Source: Felis catus (lineage: Eukaryota). From it: 64,000 nt of DNA. A program made the position numbers and the translations under genes. The notes below the pieces were generated by a model. It was not told the origin of the DNA. It was given only the letters and a program-made list of their open reading frames with translations, and did no database searches. The stretch covers positions 116,624,001-116,688,000 of the forward strand of contig NC_058368.1 in assembly GCF_018350175.1 (NCBI RefSeq), read 5' to 3'. Shown here in pieces: positions 11,937 through 22,436 of the stretch (within the stretch, counting starts at the first letter, position 1; each line of letters begins with the position of its first letter).

Positions 11937-14756
11937 GTGCTTTTGTTGTTTTCATCATACAAGTCTTTCACCTTGGTTAATTCCTAAGTATTTTATGATA
12001 TTATGAATGAAATTGTTTTCTTAATTTCCTGTTCAATTGTTCACTTTTATTGTATAGTGTTGCAGCTGATTTTCGTGTGTTGACTTTGTATCTGCCACTT
12101 TGTTGAATCCATTTATTAATTTCAAGTTCTCTGTGCAATCTTTAGGGTGTTCTATATATGAGATTGCATCTGTGAACAGAGATAATTGTACATCTTCTTT
12201 CCCATTTTGGATGCCTCATTTTGGGGGAGAGGGCGGTTATTTGCTCTGGCTAGAACTTTCAATACTTTGTTGAATAGAAAAGGTGAAAGCAGGTCTCCTT
12301 GCTTTGTTCCTAATTTTAGAGGAACAGCTTTCAGCCTTTCACCACTGAGTATGTTTGCTGTGGGTTTTTCATGTATGGCATTTTATTATGTTGAGGTTGT
12401 TGCCTTCTATTCCTAGGAATCTGAGTGTTTTTATCATGAAAGAATGTTGAATTTTGTCGCATGCCTTTTCTGCATCTATTGAGATTATCATGCGTTTTTT
12501 TTTCCTTCATTCTCTTAATGTGGCTTATTACATTGATTATGTATACTGAATCATCCTTACACTCCACAAATAAATCCCACATGCTTATGGTGTATAATCC
12601 TTTTAACATGCTGCTGCATTCAGTTTTCTAATATTTTTTTGAGGATTTTTTTTGGAGGAATCAGTTTTCATGAGGGAAGTTGATCTGTAGTTTTTCTTTC
12701 TTTTAGTGTCTTTGTCTGCCTTTGGTATCAGGGTAATGATGGCCTAATAGAGTAAGAAAGTGTTCCTTCCTCTTTATCTATTTGGAAAAGCTTGAAAATG
12801 ATCAGTATTATTTCTTGAGTGTTTAGTAAAATTCACCAATGAAGCCATTGGGCAAGGGCCTTTCTTTGTCAGGAGATTTTTAAAAATTACTGATTCATCT
12901 TTTTACTAGTTATAGGTCTATTTGGATGATGTAGCTATTTTCTCTGTGCTTACTGTGGACATTGCATTTAATATCTTAAATTATAGTACTCTGAATTTGT
13001 ACCAGCTTAAACTCAATAATATACGAAAACACTCTGCTATTTTAACAGCTCTCTCTGATAACAAAATTTCCAGTCATTTATGTCCGCATTTATTTTTTCC
13101 TTGAACATAATATCATGTAGCCTTTTATTTTCATAATAACTACCATGATAATGCAGTCCATGGTTAACTATTTTTTAAGTTTCAATTAAGTGTCATCTGA
13201 TCATTGTAAATGACATTTTTCTTATACTGAGAATATATTCAAATCCAACAATTTTCATCAAAATAAAGAGGATGAAACATTACCATATGGCTTATGGTTG
13301 AGATTATATTTAAAGATCACTGTAATTCCCAACATTAAAACATGATAATTTATAGTTTTCAGTTAAATATAGATATGTTTTAAAAGGCAAAATAAGCTTT
13401 TAACTGTAGAAAACAAAGTATATTTAATTCAACAGTTTTATGTTTGGAATATCTGAATGACAGCAAATTGCAGTTAGCATTATTCTGTGTGTTCTTCACA
13501 GTAATAAAATGCATAAAAGGAAATTTATACCACATTAAACTACCTTGTACATTAAAATATTGACAGTATTGCCTAAATCTATTAGCATTTAAAAAAGTAT
13601 CAAGTTCTGAATTTGCTTCATTTCAAGAATAAGAGGGTACTGATGTACCTTATATTCCTGTACCTTTGTAATGAGGCAGTTACTACATTGGAATTGCTAT
13701 TAAAATTATAATCTGTTTTTTTTTAAATAACATCATGTTTCATCTACATTTTAATTATCAAGTAAACAGTGACTTAGGCTTTCTGATTAGGAACTTATAT
13801 GAATCCTTATTTATATTAATATCCTTAAATATCCATGGTACTTGAAGTAAAAATGTTAAGGCCATCCTTTTTAAAGTAACTTGTGATAGTTTATTCAGAT
13901 CACATTTATTAGTCAAATTTTGATGTAATTATGGGGTTCTGATTATAAATTGCACTAAAGTTGAAAGAGAAGTTTAATAGGGTTTTCTCAAATAGTTTTT
14001 TTCTGAAAACCTAATCTTCACTTTAGATTTACATTTAAAAATTTGACTACAGATTATTATAATATTCTCAGATATGTGTACTTGATATTGATTCAATGTT
14101 AATTTTATTCTTATTGACATATGACAATGACTTAATAAGAAAAAAAGGTGCAGCGAAAATTTGACATAGGAATAAAGATCCAAGGGACACTAAGTTAATT
14201 TGGAATAATGACTTTTAGAGGCAAAAGTTATTAGTTCAGCACTTAGATGTTATATAACAAGAACAAAGGAAAATGTCCCAAATTTCAATATTCTAAGATT
14301 TCAAGTATCAAAAAGTGATGTCGCTGTTCATAAACACTGAAAGAATTTTAAATGTATTTCAGAAAAATTTCTAAAAATATCATAAGTAAGTTCCTGGTAA
14401 TATTATTTTAAAAATTAACACGCACAATATCCTAGAATAAGGTGAACTTTAGTGGCCAAAGTGTTTTATTTTAAAGCTCCAGTATTCAGTTACAAATACT
14501 TAATAATAAAAACACGAGCTGATAAATTGTTTTAAATGAAAAGATGTAAGGTTATTGGTGCATATTTCGATTTTCCCAAAATCTAATTGTAATATATTTG
14601 TGACCACTGCTAAAGGACAGTATTGAATTACATACTCTTAAGTGAGAGTGTACAGTCTTTAAAAGACATAATTGAAAGTGATTGCATTGAATGAATTGCA
14701 AATGAATATATAGCCTATTTTGGAAATCAATGAAGAATCTACAATCTACAGCATTA

Positions 14757-14781
14757 GCCACATGATGTCGCTGTATACCAC
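14757..14781 (+). promoter_or_regulatory. CSE / promoter CTCF site (pCBS) of exon 1
   Basis: GCCACATGATGTCGCTGTATACCAC; CGCT box 180 bp upstream of the ATG. Confidence 0.9.
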
Positions 14782-14948
14782 AAAGTCTTGTCAATGTTAA
14801 TGTATAGATCACCAAAAACTAAGGGAGGAAGCTCCATTTTGTTACAGCCTGAGAGAAGACAAAAACAGGAGACATATTATTCAAGATATAAAGTAAAGAA
14901 AGCATGATTTTGAAGTGAGAGCGGTACCAAAGGCGTAGTGGTTTTGCG

Positions 14949-17342
14949 ATGCTGTTTCCTAGGCAAGGAGGCAAGGGAGCCCAGCGCCTGCTGCTCTTCG
15001 TTTTGCTCCTCGCAGCCTGGAAGACTGGGAGTGGTCAGGTCCACTACTCGGTCCCGGAGGAGGCCAAACACGGCACCTTCGTAGGACGCATCGCGCAAGA
15101 CCTGGGGCTGGAGCTGGCAGAGCTGGTACCACGCCTGTTCCGGGTGGTGTCCAAAGGCCGTGGGGACCTTCTGGAAGTAAATCTGCAGAATGGCATTTTG
15201 TTTGTGAATTCTCGCATCGACCGCGAGGAGCTTTGCGGGCTGAATCTGGAGTGCAACATCCACCTGGAGGTAATTGTGGACAGGCCGCTGCAGGTTTTCC
15301 ATGTGGAGGTGGAGGTGAAGGACATTAACGATAACCCACCGGTTTTCAGAGGGAGAGAACAAAGGTTATTTATTCCTGAGTCTAGACTGGTGGATTCACA
15401 TTTCCCGATAGAGGGTGCTGCTGATGCGGACATTGGGACCAATGCTCTAATAACTTACACCCTCAGCCCCAGTGATTATTTCTCTTTGGATGTACAGGCA
15501 AGTGATGAACTGAGTAAGTCACTTTCACTTGAATTGAGGAAATCTTTGGATAGAGAAGAAACACCAGAACTTCGTTTATTATTGACGGCCACTGATGGGG
15601 GCAAGCCAGAGCTGGAAGGTACAGTTCAGCTGCTGATCACAGTGCTGGACGTTAATGATAATGCCCCATTGTTTGCCCAGGCTGTGTATAGAATCCATTT
15701 ATTAGAGACTACAGCAAATGGAACATTAGTGACTACATTAAACGCCTCTGATGCCGATGAAGGTGTAAATGGCGAAATTGTCTTTTCCTTTGGCAGTGAT
15801 GTTCCCCTAAACATTCAAAAAAACTTCAAAATTGATTCCAGCTCAGGAGAAATTAGGCTAATTGGTAGACTGGATTATGAAGAAACAAAATCTTATGAAA
15901 TTCATGTAAAAGCAGTTGATAAAGGAAGTCCTCCAATGTCAAATCACTGCAAGGTTTTAGTGAAAGTGCTAGATGTAAATGATAATGCTCCACAACTGGC
16001 AGTCACATCTCTGTCTTTGCCGGTCAGAGAGGACACTCCACTCAGCACCGTCATTGCTTTTGTTTCCGTGTCCGACCGCGACTCCGGTGTCAACGGGCAG
16101 GTGACCTGCTCTCTGATGCCTCACATCCCCTTCAAGCTGGTGTCCACCTTCAAGAATTACTATTCGCTGGTGCTGGACAGCGCCCTGGACCGCGAGAGCG
16201 TGGCGAGCTATGAGCTGCTGGTGACCGCACGGGACGGGGGCTCGCCTTCGCTGTCGGCCACGGCCAGCGTGTCCGTGGAAGTGGCCGACGTGAACGACAA
16301 CGCGCCGACATTCGCGCAGGCCGAGTACACGGTGTTCGTGAAGGAGAACAACCCTCCCGGCTGCCACATCTTCACGGTGTCCGCGCGGGACGCGGACGCG
16401 CAGGAGAACGCGCTGGTGTCCTACTCGCTGGTGGAGCGGCGGGTGGGCGAGCGTGCGCTGTCGAGCTACGTGTCGGTGCACGCGGAGAGCGGCAAGGTGT
16501 ACGCGCTGCAGCCGCTGGACCACGAGGAGCTGGAGCTGCTGCAGTTCCAAGTGAGCGCGCGCGACGCGGGCGTGCCCCCGCTGGGCAGCAACGTGACGCT
16601 GCAGGTGTTCGTGCTGGACGAGAACGACAACGCGCCCGCGCTGCTGCCGCTGCCTGGGGCGGGCGGCGCGGGCGGCGCCGTGAGCGAGCTGGTGTGGCGG
16701 TCGGTGGGCGCGGGCCACGTGGTGGCGAAGGTGCGCGCGGTGGACGCGGACTCGGGCTACAACGCGTGGCTGTCGTACGAGCTGCAGCCGGCGGCGGGTG
16801 GCGCGCGCAGCCCGTTCCGCGTGGCGCTGTACACGGGCGAGATCAGCACGACGCGCAGCCTGGACGAGGCGGACTCGCCGCGCCAGCGCCTGCTGGTGCT
16901 GGTGAGGGACCACGGCGAGCCGGCGCTGACGGCCACGGCCACCGTGCTGCTGTCGCTGGTGGAGAGCGGCCAGGCGCCCAAGGCCTCGTCGCGGGTGTTG
17001 GCGGGCGCCGCTGGCGCGGAGACGGCGCTGGTGGATGTCAACGTGTACCTGATCATCGCCATCTGCGCGGTGTCCAGCCTGCTGGTGCTCACGCTGCTGC
17101 TGTACGTGGCGCTGCGGTGCTCGGCGCCGCCCAGCGAGGGCGCGTGCGGGCCGGGGAAGCCCACGCTGGTGTGTTCCAGCGCGGTGGGGAGCTGGTCGTA
17201 CTCGCAGCAGAGGCGGCAGAGGGTGTGCTCTGGGGAGGGTCCGCCCAAGACCGACCTCATGGCTTTCAGCCCCAGCCTACCTCAAGTTCCAGGCTCCGCA
17301 GATGAAAGACAACAACCCTCAGAGTCAGAACACTTAGGAAAG
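14949..17342 (+). CDS. PCDHA1: Protocadherin-alpha variable exon: PCDHA1-like ectodomain with a PCDHA2-like variable cytoplasmic tail
   Basis: Signal peptide, six cadherin repeats (DRE, DxNDNxP, AxDxG motifs) and a TM segment ([20 protein letters not shown]). Phase-0 donor AAG|GTGAGT at 17343. EC2 ([24 protein letters not shown]) matches recalled human PCDHA1; tail [15 protein letters not shown] resembles recalled PCDHA2. Confidence 0.85.
16126..17263 (+). repeat. Homogenised GC-rich/CpG-island block (EC4-EC6, TM, proximal cytoplasmic region); other copies at 23614-24751, 30697-31834, 36777-37914, 47974-49111, 55057-56194, 63420-64000
   Basis: Line-by-line comparison shows near nucleotide identity between paralogues, synonymous sites included. 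Confidence 0.95.
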
Positions 17343-17838
17343 GTGAGTCTTTTCCATCGATTCTAGAATTGTTCTATTTCCTTTGTTAATGATTCTATTT
17401 TGATTCATATTTGCTTATTTTTAATCACTATCCGATTGTGCATTATATGGTATGAAATAGAGATGCATCTTGCACTGAGAACAATTTAATTTAAATGATT
17501 TCCTTATTTTCACATTTTGTTTTTTTTTCATAATTAAATCTGTTCATGAATAATAGGACCTTGAAGGATTGAAAAACACTTAAGCTAAATTTGAAAACTT
17601 ATTACCTGTAATTTTTTTCTCAAAATTAAAAAAGTTCATAACTGGAAAAAATTTAAAGAGTATGAATATATAATGCATATTTCCTATTTACATCATCTAT
17701 CCATTCTGTCAGAATATATTGGAATAGGACTATATGTATATCTGGATGTTTTCTAAATTATTCTTTCAATCAAGAATTCATTTGTCTTTATCTGTTTATG
17801 CAACAGGGAATAAATAAGGTTTTCATTTCCTTGTACTT

Positions 17839-18063
17839 TTTTTTTTTAATTTTTTTTTCAACGTTTATTTATTTTTGGGACAGAGAGAGACAGAGCATGA
17901 ACGGGGGAGGGGCAGAGAGAGAGAAGGAGACACAGAATCGGAAACAGGCTCCAGGCTCTGAGCCATCAGCCCAGAGCCCAACGCGGGGCTAGAACTCCCG
18001 GACCGCGAGATCGTGACCTGGCTGAAGTCGGACGGTTAACCGACTGCACCACCCAGGCGCCCC
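17839..18063 (-). mobile_element. Young feline-type Can-SINE
   Basis: TSD catttccttgtactt; gacctggctgaagtcgg feline-type motif. Confidence 0.93.
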
Positions 18064-18132
18064 ACATTTCCTTGTACTTGAAAGCGGCCTGAATGGATCT
18101 TTTATTGCCAGGACCTGCAAAAATACCTATCA

Positions 18133-18322
18133 GGGGTGCCTGGGTGGCTCTGTGAGTTAAGGGTCTGACTTCGGCTCAGATCATGATCTTGTGGTTGGTG
18201 GGTTTGAGCCCCACGTTGGGCTCTATGCTAATGGAGCCTGGAACCTGCCTCCCTCTCTCTCAGCCCTTCCCCTGCTCATGATCTCTCTCTCTCAGAAATA
18301 AATAAACATTAAAAAAAGTTTC
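18133..18322 (+). mobile_element. Can-SINE
   Basis: TSD caaaaatacctatca. Confidence 0.9.
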
Positions 18323-19943
18323 CAAAAATACCTATCATAGATCATTACAACACATGACATCACTTGGGAATAATTGCTCATGATACATATTTCTTTCAGG
18401 GGTCACATAGCTTGTGATTTGGAATAAAGATTTCACACTTGCAAAATCTTTAGAGTTTTAAGGTACAATAGAAAGTTCCCTGAGGAAAGAACCCCCTTTC
18501 AATTTTGTTAAAATATCTTAACACTATAAAAATATCTTAATATTTACGAAATCACATTGTGGGTGGCCAGGTAGTGGGAGTTTTTTTTACATAAAAGTAG
18601 AGAGTACCCTAACTCAGGTGTTATGTTACTGGGTTGCTCAGTCATCCTTCCCAGTATCACTATCACCAGGCTAATGTGTACAGGCCTCCCACTGTGCAGA
18701 GACTGACCACCCGCCTCTGGCACCAAACTGTGCCCATGATAACATTTTCCACAACTGTGAGCTCACTCACTTTCTCCTGGCAGCATCCCTATAACTAATG
18801 AAGATGGAGTTTTCCCAAAAAGTAAAGACTGATATTGAATGACTACATTTTAATTGGAAATTCCTGTGTTGGGTAGTTAAAACATAAACTTGAAAAGTAA
18901 ATGTTACACTTGGAAAAGAATTTAAACACTTCAAAAGAAGATGTGTTGGGGTGAAATAACTGTCTAAAACTGTCTTCTATTTGTTTTTTAGCTATATGCT
19001 GTTTTTTTCCCCCAGATGTATGTGGATATTGGTGAATTGTAGAAATAACTTCCACTAAGTGATCTGGGTCTTATCCATTTAACAGGCCAGATATTCATTT
19101 TCATCTGAGTTCTGCTTTTAAAGGAATTGAAAAGTTAGGTGGGGAAATCTTTTAAAGATAGTCTGTTTCTACAGTAAACTTCTTAGCTGCTAAGAGTTGA
19201 TACGCCTCAAAATTTAGGGAGTGTATATTTCCTGAGAATCAGAAATGTTTATTTGAGGCTTTACGGAGAAAAAGAAATGGTTTGAGCAAATAAGGAGGAA
19301 CTCCTTTTTTGGGAGGAGTCATCCTACCTAGAGTCTCATATCTACTCACTACTTTCTTGGGACTTGTGTGCAGAGTATGACTGGTCAGGTGGAATCTGTC
19401 CTACTAGAAGCCTGGCCCCTACCTTTGTACTACAGACAAATGGTAAGCTTTGAAAACTATATCCAGGTATACCCAGAACTCAGTTTATCACTAAGAGGGA
19501 ATCACAGTCTATCACTGTACAAATTGTTATTGGTTATTTTTTAATTTTAATTTTTTTCTTACTGATTTTTTATTCCTTATTTACATTTTTAAATTAAATT
19601 GCCTAAGGAGATGTCTAAGTGAGAGTAGATATTATTCACTGATACTTTATCCACACATCAGCTCAGTCTTCTAGACTCATAGTTCCTTTAGTATTACCTT
19701 CATTGCCTATAATCATTATACTCTGTCATTAATTCCCTGTGGCATTCTACTTTGCAATTAGTATACTCTTAAATGTCATGAAATATATGGTATTATAAGT
19801 TGTCAGAGGTATTCCATTAATATGTTTTAAAATTTTAATTCTGTATCTTTTTAAAACTACTGCCTTTCAAGATTCTTCAAAACACTTGACATATAGATGC
19901 CTATAATTATTTCCTAGATCCATGCTTTTCCAAAATAATTCTT

Positions 19944-20158
19944 TAAAAATTTTTTTCAACGTTTATTTATTTTTGGGACAGAGAGAGACAGAGCATGAAT
20001 GGGGGAGGGGCAGAGAGAGAGGGAGACACAGAATCGGAAACAGGTTCCAGGCTCTAAGCCTTCAGCCCAGAGCCCGACGCGGGGCTCGAACTCATGGACG
20101 CGAGATCGTGACCTGGCTGAAGTCGGACGCTTAACCGACTGCGCCACCCAGGCGCCCC
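19944..20158 (-). mobile_element. Young feline-type Can-SINE
   Basis: TSD tccaaaataattctt. Confidence 0.93.
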
Positions 20159-20344
20159 ATCCAAAATAATTCTTAAATGTTTCGTGAACTAGTTCTTGAA
20201 CACGTGAAATGTTCTTTGTGAACTAGTACAGTAGAATCAATTAGAAATTATGTAAGTTTGATATTAACACATATCATTAATGTAACTTGTTTAGTTACTC
20301 GAGATAGTTTAAAATAATCTTTTATCCATTAAAACATTAATTGA

Positions 20345-20903
20345 ACGTACCCTATGACCCAGCAATAGCACTGCTAGGAATTTACCCAAGGGATACAGGA
20401 GTACTGATGCATAGGGGCACTTGTACCCCAATGTTTATAGCAGCACTCTTAACAATAGCCAAATTATGGAAAGAGCCTAAATGTCCATCAACTGATGAAT
20501 GGATAAAGAAATTGTGGTTTATATACACAATGGAGTACTACGTGGCAATGAGAAAGAATGAAATATGGCCCTTTGTAGCAATGTGGATGGAACTGGAGAG
20601 TGTTATGCTAAGTGAAATAAGCCATACAGAGAAAGACAGATACCATATGGTTTCACTCTTATGTGGATCCTGAGAAACTTAACAGAAACCCATGGGGGAG
20701 GGGAAGGAAAAAAAAAAGAGGTTAGAGTGGAAGAGAGCCAAAGCATAAGAGACTCTTAAAAACAGAACAAACTGAGGGCTGATGGGGGGTGGGAGGGAGG
20801 CGAGGGTGGGTGGTGGGTATTGAGGAGGGCACCTTTTGGGATGAGCACTGGGTGTTGTATGGAAACCAATTTGACAATAAACTTCATATATTGGAAAAAA
20901 ACC
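20345..20903 (+). mobile_element. Young, heavily 5'-truncated feline L1 (ORF2 C-terminus plus 3' UTR)
   Basis: [15 protein letters not shown]...[28 protein letters not shown] at 20332-20344 and 20904-20916. Confidence 0.93.
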
Positions 20904-21799
20904 AAACATTAATTGATAATTTATTCTATTCTGAATGTGAATGATAAAATACGAGTTAAGTTGCAATCCTGGCTTGCATTCAGTGAGTACATGGGAAAAA
21001 AAAGCTGGTATGAAAACTTTTCCCCTAATACTTAAATCATGTGTTTGATTTTATTTCAAGAGGCTCTGACTATAAGCAAAGCTTTTGACATGCTTTTACC
21101 TCTCTAAAGTCAACCTCTGCCCATGAATTTGCTCAACTTGCAAATACCCAAAGAACTCATGCCTCTTGCTGAATTCTCAGAAACTTTTAGAATATTATAT
21201 TGTCTCATCTTACATACGTTGAATGGTGAATTATGTTCCAAAGTTACTTTTCTCTCTCTATTGATTAGTTAAGTCACCAAAACTTTCAAGTCACAACTTT
21301 TTAAAAAACTGGAATCCAGAAATTCATCTAGAGCAGAGATCATTAAAAACACAATGATCTCATATTGCAATCATTTTCAGATATACAGGTAAATTGAAAT
21401 GTATAAGTGGTGTGGAAATTTAAAAAACACATATACTCTTACTTGGTATGACATGAATGTAGCAAATATCTAAATCACACAGTATTTTCATTTGTAAAAA
21501 AACAAATTTACAAAAGAACTGCACTGTAAAAAACTGACTTCTGGCATCTTTTATAAATAACAGTTAAGACAGACAACAAGAGTATAATTATTGGATAAAG
21601 CACACAAGAGTGCATTATAAACATTCCATAAATAAATAAATAAATAATGTAAATTAACAATTGCCATCATAATATAGAAGTAAATATGTATGGATAGATG
21701 GATATGTATATACACATACTTTCAATGCCTCGATGTTTTGGTGGTCATGAATATCAAAGGCCTGGTTTTGCTATAAAATGTAGACTTCAAGGCCAAGTG

Positions 21800-22030
21800 A
21801 TAAAAGTTACAAGTTTAGACTCACATTGAGATCCCACCCAAACATCAACAATTAATATCACTTTTAAGTTACTTAACTGATATCTGTTTTCACTTCCTTG
21901 TTGGTAAAAAGTGAATTGTATTGACACCTAGCTTTGAAGGTTGTTGTGAGAATATAATGGGATAACCCTATTATAACCCCATGCTTGTCACATGGGGAAT
22001 ATTTCCAATAGATGTCCACTACTGTTATAG
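21800..22030 (+). mobile_element. Possible ancient MIR
   Basis: aagttacttaac...gtaaaaagtgaat...ggttgttgtgagaat resembles the MIR core. Confidence 0.5.
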
Positions 22031-22232
22031 CATTAATCACTATTCTATTCTTTTTAACTTTATGTCATGGATTGGAATATTTGGAAGAGATGAATTAGTA
22101 TAAAAGCTATAAGGATATATATTTTTTTAATATAAAGAATTTGAAAAGTGCTCGGAGGATATTACAACGAAAATAGAAATTTGGGGAAAGTTCAGACCCA
22201 AGTAGTAAATTTATTTAATACTTACACGTTTA

Positions 22233-22257
22233 GCCACATGATGTCGCTGTCCACCAC
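22233..22257 (+). promoter_or_regulatory. CSE / pCBS of PCDHA3
   Basis: GCCACATGATGTCGCTGTCCACCAC; CGCT at 22245. Confidence 0.9.
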
Positions 22258-22436
22258 AAGGTGTTTCACCACAAAAGAAATACATTCTGCATTACATACT
22301 CAGTTGCTGCTTTTCCCCATCCTCTGTGAAATACGGGCATGGTAAGATTATTTAAGAAAAACCGAGGAACCCAAATTATTTTTTAAAGTTTGGATCGATG
22401 CAAGAGTGACCCAATATTTGGAAAAGGCTTGCAGTG

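Larger units (their letters stand above)
7148..12925 (-). mobile_element. Mosaic of older L1 fragments (ORF2 and ORF1 remnants)
   Basis: Degenerate minus-strand ORF2-like peptides (e.g. IYRFNVISIKIPMMFFAEI) and L1-type antisense sequence. Boundaries approximate. Confidence 0.7.

Noticed and set aside
247..13104. Many 60-170 aa ORFs, including DIDIDI/YIYIYI and SLSLSL repeats
   Set aside because: Translations of L1, SINE and microsatellite sequence.
15969..17305. Long antisense and alternative-frame ORFs (200-400 aa) over each exon
   Set aside because: Stop-codon scarcity in the extremely GC-rich block; they recur only because the block is repeated.
17343..17366. ORF extensions past the GT donors (e.g. 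VSLFHRF, VSTDF, and the 839-aa ORF end)
   Set aside because: Intron read-through in the ORF track; canonical products splice to constant exons outside the window.
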